This document shows, in pieces, positions 10,821 to 19,042 of a stretch of 64,000 nt of DNA; position 1 is the stretch's first letter; the number at the start of each line of letters is the position of its first letter. The translations under genes were made by a program, and so were the position numbers. The notes beneath the pieces were generated by a model, which saw nothing but the letters and a program-made list of their open reading frames with translations, had not been told where the DNA came from and searched no databases. The stretch comes from Candidatus Tayloriibacteriota bacterium (lineage in GTDB: Bacteria > Patescibacteriota > Minisyncoccia > Phycocordibacterales > PALSA-1337): assembly GCA_003151615.1 (NCBI GenBank), contig PLXZ01000004.1, positions 173,285-237,284 of the forward strand. The letters are read 5' to 3'.

Positions 10821-11750
10821 ATGAAACACATTCTGCGTTCACAACAGTTCGACAGGCCTGCCTTGGAAAAACTGTTTTCGGCGACCGATGAGCTGAGCGC
10901 CCTCTATGAAACTCCCGCTGGCAAGCGCGATATACGGAAACTCTGCGAAGGGAAGCTGTTGTTTGCCGTTTTCTACGAGCCTTCCACGCGAACCCGTTTT
11001 TCCTTTTGTTCGGCCGCGCAACATCTTGGCATGATGACTCTGCAAACCGAAAATGCCAAGGAATTTTCCTCGGCCATAAAAGGCGAGACTCTTGAAGACA
11101 GCATAAACGCCCTATGCCAGTATGATCCGGACATCATTGTCTTGCGTCATCATGAAACGGGAGGTGCCGATCGCGCCGCGGCCGTTGTTGACCGTTTCGA
11201 TCATAATGTTTCCATCATCAATGCCGGCGACGGCAAAGGCCAGCATCCGACCCAGGCGCTTCTTGATCTCTATACTATCAAGCGCGAGCTCGGCCGGATT
11301 GACGACATTACCGTGACCGTCACCGGCGATTTGGCCAACGGACGGACTGTCAAATCCCTCGTCTATCTGCTCGCAAAATTCAAAGGCGTCAAATTTGTCT
11401 TTCTCTCGCCGGAGAATTTAAAAATGGAGGAGGGAATTATCGGACACCTTCGCGAGCATGAAGTTCCGTTTCGGGAAGCGCGCAACCTCGAAGACGCCCT
11501 GACCGATACCGACGTCGCCTACTGGACCCGTATACAGACCGAACGCGGCAGTTCCAATACGACGCTTGATCTCACGCTCGGCGTGCCGCAGATGAAATTC
11601 ATGAAGGAAGGTTCAATTGTCCTTCACCCGCTTCCAAGGGTCAACGAAATCGCCAAGGAAGTTGACGGCGACAAACGTGCGGCCTATTTTCGGCAAGTCC
11701 GAAACGGCATGCTCATCCGCATGTCGCTTCTGCGGGAACTGTGCGGATAA
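10821..11750 (+). CDS. pyrB: Aspartate carbamoyltransferase catalytic subunit
   Basis: FYEPSTRTRFSF, NAGDG..HPTQALLD, HPLPRVNEI. Confidence 0.95.
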   Translation: MKHILRSQQFDRPALEKLFSATDELSALYETPAGKRDIRKLCEGKLLFAVFYEPSTRTRFSFCSAAQHLGMMTLQTENAKEFSSAIKGETLEDSINALCQYDPDIIVLRHHETGGADRAAAVVDRFDHNVSIINAGDGKGQHPTQALLDLYTIKRELGRIDDITVTVTGDLANGRTVKSLVYLLAKFKGVKFVFLSPENLKMEEGIIGHLREHEVPFREARNLEDALTDTDVAYWTRIQTERGSSNTTLDLTLGVPQMKFMKEGSIVLHPLPRVNEIAKEVDGDKRAAYFRQVRNGMLIRMSLLRELCG

Positions 11751-11765
11751 ATAACCAATCAATCG

Positions 11766-11801
11766 AATCCGGTCGGCATTGCAACCCGACCGGATTTTTT
11801 T
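11766..11801 (+). terminator. Intrinsic terminator after pyrB
   Basis: aatccggtcgg...ccgaccggatt + T-tract. Confidence 0.75.
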
Positions 11802-11833
11802 ATTAATTTTTACGGTGGTGGGGAATATAAAAA

Positions 11834-11855
11834 GAGACGAACCGAAGTTCGTCTC
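11834..11855 (-). terminator. Repeated cUUCGg-loop terminator (copies 13213-13234, 14101-14120, 15476-15497)
   Basis: gagacgaac-cgaa-gttcgtctc with compensatory variants gaggcg/cgcctc and ggggcg/cgcccc; U-tract on minus strand. Confidence 0.8.
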
Positions 11856-11885
11856 GTGTAAAATTAAAATATCTTAAAAATGTAA

Positions 11886-12305
11886 TCAATGTGCCGCGGG
11901 TAGCGGTGCACCTTGTTCATCAACGAGGATATGATCCTCCGGAGTCCAGGCTGGTAAAGCCACAACAAGCACTTCGGCTGGAGCACCAACTCCCTCAGCC
12001 CAGTGAGGGGTGAAGGGAACAATTTGATTTATTCCATCTCCGGCCTTGTAGCGGTATGCGGCGCCGGATTTTCCCTGGTAAATGTCCAATTCGCCATTTA
12101 TGACGCAATATATTTCACGGGTGTGCATGTGCACATGAGCCTTCGATTTTCCGATCAATGCCACCGCCGTGCTCCAGCGTCCGTCGGGATCCTTTTCAAG
12201 TTCGCAAACGATTTCTTCGGGATGTTCACGGTTGGGCAGGTAGAAGATTTTTTTGCCGGTGTTGCGACGTTCAAATGCCGCAATCATTTCTTGGGGTATT
12301 TCCAT
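11886..12305 (-). CDS. Cupin-domain protein
   Basis: HVHMHTREIYCVINGEL...PFTPHW. Confidence 0.8.
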   Translation of the reverse strand: MEIPQEMIAAFERRNTGKKIFYLPNREHPEEIVCELEKDPDGRWSTAVALIGKSKAHVHMHTREIYCVINGELDIYQGKSGAAYRYKAGDGINQIVPFTPHWAEGVGAPAEVLVVALPAWTPEDHILVDEQGAPLPAAH

Positions 12306-12455
12306 ACGATGTTCTTTCTTTGTTGTGAACCGCTACGAGCAGTTCGATTTGCTGTCTTAGAATCTATTCCTTTTATGGGAAATGTCAATGAGGGAAAATA
12401 AAAAACGCCGTACCCGAAGGTCGTGCGTTATTGTAATCAGACTAGCGGTATTTTT

Positions 12456-13013
12456 TTACTGGGCGTCCTTATAGGCGCATTCATTAGTGCAATAAACCGC
12501 GACTTGATTTGGGGGAATGGGTTTACCGCAACCTTCTCTTTCGCACTTGCGGCCCATGGGATGTGTATTTGGGGCGAACCATCCTCTGTTCTCGCACGCG
12601 GAGCACCCATGGCCGCCGCAATTGTCGCATTGGACAGAATCGGTGGGATAATTTTTATCCTTGGGAATATCCATAATGTTTCGTTCAACCACTGCTTGTT
12701 CGCTTGCCTGGCACTCTTCCACATGACGTTTGTAAGCGCGATGATGAATGTTTTTACCACACTTGGGACAGACATTGCAACATGGTGCAAAGTGCATCGT
12801 GTGACTTCCAGGTTCATGGCATGGACAATGACAGATGTCAGGGTCGGAACAACAATCATTGACAAGAGAGGGCGGTTTCATTTTTGGTTTTGCCCGGAAT
12901 TCTGCGTTGACTGCTTCCGAGGATTTTTTCCACGTCTTCGGGTCACCCAAGCCCTTAAAGGCTTCTTTGCGGGAGATGGGCCGACCACCCAGAGGAGTTT
13001 TTGGTGTGCTCAT
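12456..13013 (-). CDS. Cys/His-rich hypothetical protein (zinc-finger-like)
   Basis: Many CxxC/CxC pairs; TTGACT-17-TAGTAT promoter at 13066-13094. Confidence 0.6.
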   Translation of the reverse strand: MSTPKTPLGGRPISRKEAFKGLGDPKTWKKSSEAVNAEFRAKPKMKPPSLVNDCCSDPDICHCPCHEPGSHTMHFAPCCNVCPKCGKNIHHRAYKRHVEECQASEQAVVERNIMDIPKDKNYPTDSVQCDNCGGHGCSACENRGWFAPNTHPMGRKCEREGCGKPIPPNQVAVYCTNECAYKDAQ

Positions 13014-13108
13014 GGTCTTTGTTCTGGTTTCGACTCACTACGAGTAAGTCTGTTCGCTGATTCGCATACTACAACTTATCTACTCAATAGTCAATTTTTA
13101 TAAATTAA

Positions 13109-13202
13109 TTTCGATCCCTGTTCGGGTATCCCAAAACCACCTTGATATACAATGCTGAAAAAGTGCTCCGCATGTTGAACGAAGTCAGAGCCTGTATTTA
13201 GA
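13109..13202 (+). repeat. att junction J2: left arm X + core TGCTCC (13164-13169) + right arm A
   Basis: 13165-13202 matches 28421-28458 (end of LSR1) at 36/38 nt. Confidence 0.85.
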
Positions 13203-13251
13203 TAATAAAAAAGAGGCGAACCGAAGTTCGCCTCATTGAATGTTAATGTTG

Positions 13252-13626
13252 TCAGTGAGCAAGGTCAGGCCGACCGATGGGAAGAAACGCACTCCCACCG
13301 AGGATCCGGAGCCATAGGTCGGACTTAAGCGGTCCGATCCATCCCTCCGGAATCACACCGTCTGCGATGATGTCCGCCGATATTGCCTTGGCCAACTCGG
13401 CACGTGCTTCCTGGCGGCATCCGTCTTTGCCCGGCCCGGTATCAATTTCGATGCTGATGATCGAGTAGTTCACGTCGAGCGGTCCGACGTCGTGGACACG
13501 AAGCAGGACGTCTTCCATGTTCATCTTCAGATGAGTGGCGACTGCCTTGTGGGCGCTGTCGCGGATTTTTACCACCGCAGCATTGTCAGCACGACTGCGA
13601 TCTCGCCATATGGTTACGAGGGGCAT
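13252..13626 (-). CDS. Hypothetical protein, tautomerase/MIF-like (N-terminal Pro); copy 1
   Basis: MPLVTIW start after GGAG RBS; near-identical to 15515-15889. Confidence 0.65.
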   Translation of the reverse strand: MPLVTIWRDRSRADNAAVVKIRDSAHKAVATHLKMNMEDVLLRVHDVGPLDVNYSIISIEIDTGPGKDGCRQEARAELAKAISADIIADGVIPEGWIGPLKSDLWLRILGGSAFLPIGRPDLAH

Positions 13627-13657
13627 TTTGGTCTCCTTTCTTTTGGTTGCTGGTTGA

Positions 13658-13897
13658 TTAACTTTTGGTTGACTGTGCTTTTTTGTAAGCTTCGTCATCC
13701 GCAACGGTTTCCTTGATGCCGGCAGTAAGGATGTTTAATCCCATAAGTGTCAGGATTAATCCAGACGTAGTGACTGCTTTGAATAAAACGACTATGTTTC
13801 CTGGGTTTGCTGCGTATTGGGCAATATAGGGTGCCGCAACTCCTAAGCAGTATGATCCGATGATCATCAGTGCTCCGACAACTGTTTTAATTTTCAT
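13658..13897 (-). CDS. Small two-helix membrane protein
   Basis: Two hydrophobic segments; first gene of cassette 2. Confidence 0.6.
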   Translation of the reverse strand: MKIKTVVGALMIIGSYCLGVAAPYIAQYAANPGNIVVLFKAVTTSGLILTLMGLNILTAGIKETVADDEAYKKAQSTKS

Positions 13898-14022
13898 ATT
13901 TCGATTTATTTTATTGGTTGAGTTTGTTGTAATCTCTAGTTAGCCGTTTCCCATAAGACACTTAAATGTCCTCTGGGAAACGGCTAACACCAATAGATAT
14001 GTCAAAAAACTACTACCATATA

Positions 14023-14051
14023 ATAGTAGCATAATATATAGAATATGTCAA
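14023..14051 (-). promoter_or_regulatory. Sigma70 promoter TTGACA-17-TACTAT with TG extension (homologue 16321-16349)
   Basis: Consensus boxes a few bp left of junction cores J3 and J5. Confidence 0.7.
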
Positions 14052-14057
14052 ACGTTA

Positions 14058-14097
14058 GCTCCGTATGCTGAACGAAGTTAGAACCTGTTTGAAATAA
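14058..14097 (+). repeat. att junction J3, right arm A
   Basis: gctcc-gtatgctgaacgaagttagaacctgt; LRMLNEVRTCLK*. Confidence 0.8.
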
Positions 14098-14140
14098 AAA
14101 AGACGAACCGAAGTTCGTCTCGTGTAAAGTAATTTACGTT

Positions 14141-14821
14141 TTAACTCACTTCTGGCCATTGTTCGATAAGGGCTTCCAAAAGTTGTTCCATTTCCCACCG
14201 GCCTCCACAGTGAGGGGTAATGATCAATGAATCCAGCACGTTTTGCTCGTTTTTTCTGGATGCTAGCGTATCAAGTTTTCTCTGTTTGTCACAATCACAG
14301 GTGACCCCCACGATGAACGCACGGGGAACATCCTGTCGAAATTGCTGTAGGAATTTCAGGCAGGCATCAAATGCACTGAGGCCCATGTATGACACCAAGA
14401 GAATATTTGTATCTGTGTCAATGTTTCGCGCGATTTTATTTTCAACTTGTGCTTGGGCTTGAGCACCGATTGTTTCTTCGCGCTCAAGATACGTGGCCAT
14501 CATTTCCATGTCTGCGCGAGCCATCGCCGTGGCGCCGAATAAGAGATCAAACGGCGGTCGGTCGTCATGCCGTCCATGTGACAGGGTGATTTGCAGACCC
14601 TGTTTCCCGGGAGTAGCAAGCAGTCCATCTTCATAACTGCCGATGCCGTTGTAGCTCACAAAGATTGCACGCAGTGTTTTTTTATTGCGAATCACATTTG
14701 GCAAGATGTCGCTAATAAATTGGTCAGTGTTTTTTTGTTGGATTAAGGATGTGGTCGGCACGCTGTACCTCCGTAGTTGTTGGTTTTTGTTTAAGGGAGA
14801 AGTAAAATACTTCTCTGACAA
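14141..14821 (-). CDS. Hypothetical protein (cassette 3)
   Basis: 226-aa ORF between promoter (14831-14859) and terminator; start uncertain. Confidence 0.55.
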   Translation of the reverse strand: MSEKYFTSPLNKNQQLRRYSVPTTSLIQQKNTDQFISDILPNVIRNKKTLRAIFVSYNGIGSYEDGLLATPGKQGLQITLSHGRHDDRPPFDLLFGATAMARADMEMMATYLEREETIGAQAQAQVENKIARNIDTDTNILLVSYMGLSAFDACLKFLQQFRQDVPRAFIVGVTCDCDKQRKLDTLASRKNEQNVLDSLIITPHCGGRWEMEQLLEALIEQWPEVS

Positions 14822-14865
14822 TTTGAGTAAAGACTACAATATATGTTTTACTTTGTAAATAGGTG

Positions 14866-14968
14866 GCTCCCCGAACATGAGATTGTTATAACTATATTTT
14901 CCGACTTTGATTACATGAATCGGTTGTACGGACAGCTGTTGTTTATGAAGGCGATGGGGAAATAAAAA
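14866..14968 (+). repeat. att junction J4, right arm B (~100 bp)
   Basis: gctcc-ccgaacatgagattgttataac...gcgatggggaaataa; LPEHEIVITIFSDFDYMNRLYGQLLFMKAMGK*. Confidence 0.85.
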
Positions 14969-15013
14969 TCTCCCCGTAGCTTTCGCTCGTAGGAGAGTTG
15001 TGTTAAAAACAGC

Positions 15014-15361
15014 TTATTTTTTTACGGAAGTGAAAGGTTTCTTATCGGTTGAACCGTTAAGATAATCTATCCACGCGCATTGCCGAAAATAAGTTGAACG
15101 GGCATACATCGTAATGAGTTCCTCGCGCTCGACCGGCGTTTTGGCTTCGTCCAGTTTCTGTCTGGCTTCTGGCGAGAGCGATTCATTATTCATGTGATCT
15201 CGCTCTTCGTCCGTCAACATTGTTAGTCTGCGTTCAAAGTTGAGCCGGTGGAGCAGGTCATCAATACTTTCAATGCGTTCGTCTTTTTTCAATGTGTCAA
15301 GAAATGCGAGCAGCACTTCTTCAGTTTTTTGAAACTCTGCAGTTTTTGTCGGTTCACTCAT
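15014..15361 (-). CDS. Hypothetical protein
   Basis: ORF with its own promoter (15420-15447) and terminator (~14970-14997). Confidence 0.6.
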   Translation of the reverse strand: MSEPTKTAEFQKTEEVLLAFLDTLKKDERIESIDDLLHRLNFERRLTMLTDEERDHMNNESLSPEARQKLDEAKTPVEREELITMYARSTYFRQCAWIDYLNGSTDKKPFTSVKK

Positions 15362-15514
15362 AAAGGTATCTTTCTTCGAAGTGCCGTTTATGGATTTTTG
15401 GCACGGTTTCCTATCCCAAAATCTATTCCTTTTACGGAAAATGTCAATGAATACTCATAAATGAGTATAAAAAAAGGGGCGAACCGAAGTTCGCCCCATT
15501 GAGTGTTGATATTG

Positions 15515-15889
15515 TCAGTGAGCAAGGTCAGGCCGACCGATGGGAAGAAACGCACTCCCACCGAGAATTCGGAGCCACAGGTCGGACTTAAGCGGTCCGA
15601 TCCATTCCTCCGGAATCACGCCATCGGCGACGATGTCCGCCGATATTGCTTTGGCCAACTCGGCGCGTGCTTCCTGGCGGCATCCGTCTTTGCCCGGGCT
15701 GGTGTCAATCTCGATGCTGATGATCGAGTAGTTAACATCTAGCGGGCCGACGTCGTGGACACGAAGCAGGACGTCGTCCATGTTCATTTTCAGGTGAGTG
15801 GCGACTGCCTTGTGGGCGCTGTCGCGGATTTTTACCACCGCAGCATCGTCAGCACGACTGCGATCTCGCCATATGGTTACGAGGGGCAT
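15515..15889 (-). CDS. Hypothetical protein, tautomerase/MIF-like; copy 2
   Basis: 124 aa, 5 amino-acid differences from 13252-13626. Confidence 0.65.
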   Translation of the reverse strand: MPLVTIWRDRSRADDAAVVKIRDSAHKAVATHLKMNMDDVLLRVHDVGPLDVNYSIISIEIDTSPGKDGCRQEARAELAKAISADIVADGVIPEEWIGPLKSDLWLRILGGSAFLPIGRPDLAH

Positions 15890-15929
15890 TTTGGTCTCCT
15901 TTCTTTTGGGTTGTTGGTTGAAGCTTCGT

Positions 15930-16199
15930 CTAATTCAGCAGGGTAATTATACAATCGCCATTTATCATGACGATATTTCCAGTTTTGTCGTCCTGGAAAT
16001 AGTATCCGTTGCTTTGGCTTTCGTTTTCAATCTTGCCCGAGGTGGTCCACTGACCGATGAGTTTGCCTCCTGAATAGAGTTCAACTTTATGTTTTTTGCC
16101 CCAAGCTGAGAAGGCCGCTCGGTTTGCGTTTGAGCAACCGGATAGCATACCCAAACTTAACCCGGCAACCAGTATCATCAGACTAATTTTAAGTTTCAT
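15930..16199 (-). CDS. Small lipoprotein
   Basis: MKLKISLMILVAGLSLGMLSG|C lipobox. Confidence 0.7.
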   Translation of the reverse strand: MKLKISLMILVAGLSLGMLSGCSNANRAAFSAWGKKHKVELYSGGKLIGQWTTSGKIENESQSNGYYFQDDKTGNIVMINGDCIITLLN

Positions 16200-16355
16200 T
16201 TTTTTCCTATTTTTGTAGTTGGTGTGCAAACCAAACTTGGCTGCATCTTTCAAGGCTCGAATAAGCCCTCAAAGACGCAGCCAATTTAATAGGGGAATTT
16301 CAAAAAACTATTACGTAACTATGATAGCATAAGATATAGTATATGTCAAACACGA

Positions 16356-16374
16356 GCTTCCCGAACGGGAATAA
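16356..16374 (+). repeat. att junction J5, short B-like arm
   Basis: gcttc-ccgaacgggaataa; left flank atatgtcaaac...ag matches the J3 left flank. Confidence 0.6.
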
Positions 16375-16449
16375 AAAAGGCCGCGCACTTAAGATGGCAC
16401 GGCCTTGGATATTTTGATTGAGGTTGTTTGACCCGCCTTGAGAAGATTG

Positions 16450-17046
16450 TTAATGGCAACCACCACTGTAGTGATAGACAGCTGCCTTTTCCCCCAACTG
16501 TTCTTGAATGTTACGATCCTCACAGATTGCAATGTCAACAATTTTGCCTTCGTAATGCGCTTTACGATACTCGTTGGCAGGCACGACTTGATATTTATTC
16601 CAAACAATCATTACAAGGTCTGCATTGCCGGTGTATTTATCTTTTTTGCCGAGCCATAGGACCTGATTGAATCCGAGTTTGTTAACCCCCTTTTTTGAAA
16701 GACTATTCTTTTTTGTCATAGTCTTTAGAATCTCTGCGGCAGGTATTTCCTCAGGAAAAAACAAATCCGTCGGGACTGCATTGTCTGGGAGTCGATCCAA
16801 GGTTTTTCCGACAGAAAATTTTTTTTCGCTCGGAACAATCGCATATAGCACAGGAGAGAATGGACTGTCACCATTGTAATCCTCAGGTCGTGACAATGCT
16901 AAGGTTGAATGACCTGCCGCGGGGCCAGTATGATGAATGTTTATCCCGTCGATCACCAGACCGCCGGAAGGTAGTATGAGTCGTTTCACTGGTCCAGATT
17001 GATATGATTTCCGCCAAGATTCAGGGCTTTTAGTTTCGTTTTTCAT
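16450..17046 (-). CDS. Hypothetical protein (cassette 5)
   Basis: ORF downstream of TTGACT-17-TAGTGT promoter (17109-17137). Confidence 0.6.
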   Translation of the reverse strand: MKNETKSPESWRKSYQSGPVKRLILPSGGLVIDGINIHHTGPAAGHSTLALSRPEDYNGDSPFSPVLYAIVPSEKKFSVGKTLDRLPDNAVPTDLFFPEEIPAAEILKTMTKKNSLSKKGVNKLGFNQVLWLGKKDKYTGNADLVMIVWNKYQVVPANEYRKAHYEGKIVDIAICEDRNIQEQLGEKAAVYHYSGGCH

Positions 17047-17146
17047 AAATTCTTTCGAAGTTCTTTGTTTCAAACCCCTAATTAGGTGGTTCAGATTTAC
17101 TGATGTGAACACTACAATATAAATATTAAAGAGTCAATAATTCGTA

Positions 17147-17310
17147 ATGGTTCGAATCCCATTCTGGGTACGAAAAAAGACCCATATAAATGGTTCTTTT
17201 TTCACATGCTCCCCGAACATGAGACTATTATAACCATATTTTCAGACTTAGATTACATGAGTCGGTTGTATAGTCAGCTGTTGTTTATGAAAGCGATGGG
17301 GAAATAAAAA
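17147..17310 (+). repeat. att junction J6: tRNA-3'-like left segment + TGCTCC (17207-17212) + right arm B
   Basis: LPEHETIITIFSDLDYMSRLYSQLLFMKAMGK*. Confidence 0.85.
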
Positions 17311-17358
17311 ACCGCCCAACAAAGTGCCGTTGGGTCGGCTTTTGAATATGGACGGGGT

Positions 17359-17598
17359 TTAACTACGCTCGATGACTTTAGCGGTAACGACTGATGTAGG
17401 AGGTCTTTCAAAAACTGAATCAGGCACTTCAAACTCTACCGTCACGACCGCTCGATCTTTGGGTTGAGACAGGTAGCCTTCACCGTAATGTTCTTGATTA
17501 TGTTCTTCAGATTGTTTCAACAACTCATCAATCCATTGTGAAGCCGCAATAGCCTTGTTGTAACCCTTTGAAACTTCGATATGCGCTGTAACTTTCAT
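17359..17598 (-). CDS. Small hypothetical protein
   Basis: AAGGA RBS; ends before a hairpin. Confidence 0.55.
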   Translation of the reverse strand: MKVTAHIEVSKGYNKAIAASQWIDELLKQSEEHNQEHYGEGYLSQPKDRAVVTVEFEVPDSVFERPPTSVVTAKVIERS

Positions 17599-17638
17599 TG
17601 ATAGTATCCTTTCTTTTTGTTTCTAGTTTAAATACTGG

Positions 17639-17971
17639 TTAGCAACAACCGCCACCGCCTGAGCAATGGCCTCCAGTTGCCCGAATGTATCGGCGAAGCG
17701 AGTCAGTGTCATAATCCTCACCGCCGATTGCTCCTGCATATACTTGTATTTTAGCATCAGGGGCTTGCAGATGTTGGACGCTGTGTTTGTAGGGTGTCTG
17801 CTTTATAAGCGACTTCCAGTTATCCAAGAGTTTTTCTTTATCATCAGACCATGTGACAAAGTTTATTTCACCCGTCCCGCATTTACAGGAGAGAGAATGT
17901 TGATATCCACGTAGGTAGGCGTTCACCTCTGGACTCCTTCCACAACGGCAGGGAATTGGTGTCATATTCAT
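17639..17971 (-). CDS. Small zinc-ribbon protein (phage Lar-like N-terminus)
   Basis: PCRCG...CKCG; promoter 18000-18027. Confidence 0.5.
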   Translation of the reverse strand: MNMTPIPCRCGRSPEVNAYLRGYQHSLSCKCGTGEINFVTWSDDKEKLLDNWKSLIKQTPYKHSVQHLQAPDAKIQVYAGAIGGEDYDTDSLRRYIRATGGHCSGGGGCC

Positions 17972-18030
17972 AATTTTGTTTTCAAGTTGTCTGATTCAAA
18001 GATTACCTCTAACTGATTAAAAGTCAATCA

Positions 18031-18188
18031 ATTTCGATCCCTATTCGGGTATCGCAAAACCACGTTGATATACAAGGCTGAAAAAAGTGCTCCCCGAACA
18101 TGAGATTGTTATAACCATATTCTCGGATGTGGATTACATGAATCGACTGTATGGTCAGCTGTTGTTTATGAAGGCGATGTCAGTATGA
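18031..18188 (+). repeat. att junction J7: left arm X + TGCTCC (18088-18093) + right arm B
   Basis: Left arm like J2, right arm like J4/J6; LPEHEIVITIFSDVDYMNRLYGQLLFMKAMSV*. Confidence 0.85.
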
Positions 18189-18346
18189 CTTGCAAGGACT
18201 TGCTTTTATACCATATATGTGATATAATTAAGCCAGTAATCCTTAATCGTATGGTTAAGTCGTTTCGGTACCCTTTGGGTATGTGAAATAAGGGGGTATG
18301 TGTTTTCCTCCACTAAGACACAAGTTCATTGGAAAGAAATTAACGT

Positions 18347-18880
18347 ATGTTAAAAGACTACATCATCATCAACGGCCCTCCGAAGTTCGAACTCATGCTC
18401 GCTTTATTCCATACTGCGAATATTGTGTTCAAAACTGAATGCGGTCAGGTCATCACTGTAATGGTAACCCAGGTCAAAAAACTTAACGACGATGGCCACG
18501 ACGCTTGGAATATCAGGGGCTTCATCATTTTGGATGACGGAGACTATCGGAAAGATAGTCACGAATGCAGAGCCATTTTCTCCAGCAAAAACCGTAAAGG
18601 TAAGCTGACAGACCTCGGTCTGAAAAACATGAAGTTCGAGCCTGAATACCTTGAACGTCTGTCTGATGACCAACTTCGGAAGAGGGTCGCTTCTGACCAG
18701 AAAATTGCAGAACATTTCAAGGCTATACTCGATCAATACATGTGCGGACTCAATCCCCGTGATCGGTTGATTGCGGAAGTTATTGCCGCGCAGGAGTTGG
18801 CCTTGGTGACGATGGATATTCAGTCCAAACACAGCAAATATACTAATGACCGTTCACGTAACACTGCGATTGCAGCGTAA
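18347..18880 (+). CDS. Hypothetical protein (cassette 7)
   Basis: TTGCTT...TGnTATAAT promoter ~18199-18228; terminator 18902-18934. Confidence 0.65.
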   Translation: MLKDYIIINGPPKFELMLALFHTANIVFKTECGQVITVMVTQVKKLNDDGHDAWNIRGFIILDDGDYRKDSHECRAIFSSKNRKGKLTDLGLKNMKFEPEYLERLSDDQLRKRVASDQKIAEHFKAILDQYMCGLNPRDRLIAEVIAAQELALVTMDIQSKHSKYTNDRSRNTAIAA

Positions 18881-18941
18881 GTGCGACAGACATTTGTAAT
18901 TAAAACGGCGACCAGAAATGGTTGCCGTTTTTTTATTACTT

Positions 18942-19030
18942 GAGTTCGATCCCTGCTCGGGTGCTCGAAAACTGTGTTGATACACAAGGTTGAAAAAAGT
19001 GTTCGCCGAACATGAGAGGAAGATACTCTG
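18942..19030 (+). repeat. att junction J8: left arm X + degenerate core (tgttcg) + B-like arm start
   Basis: gagttcgatccctgctcgggtgc...ttgatacacaaggttgaaaaaagt-gttcg-ccgaacatgag. Confidence 0.75.
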
Positions 19031-19042
19031 ACGCATTAGCCT

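Noticed and set aside
11811-11833. A further att junction before the cupin gene (also checked ~12390 and ~15450)
   Set aside because: 11811-11833 resembles only the end of arm B (ggggaa.ataaaaa); none of these boundaries has a GCTCC core or the AACC motif.
12423-13103. Long antisense or overlapping ORFs (e.g. 12423-13103, 9529-10122, 46107-46679, 46723-47295)
   Set aside because: They are shadows of better-supported opposite-strand genes that have motifs, promoters or terminators.
13252-15889. Diversity-generating retroelement TR/VR pair
   Set aside because: The whole gene is duplicated, differences are mostly synonymous and not adenine-specific, and there is no reverse transcriptase in the window.
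17147-17172. Additional intact tRNA genes at 13110, 17147, 18033, 18942
   Set aside because: Only T-loop/acceptor-like 3' fragments are present, with no D or anticodon arms.
9135-19030. CRISPR array or classical integron
   Set aside because: Repeats are 0.8-4 kb apart and there are no cas genes. There is no IntI tyrosine recombinase and I found no attC RYYYAAC/GTTRRRY palindromes. The repeats instead match the LSR gene end and the tRNA 3' end.
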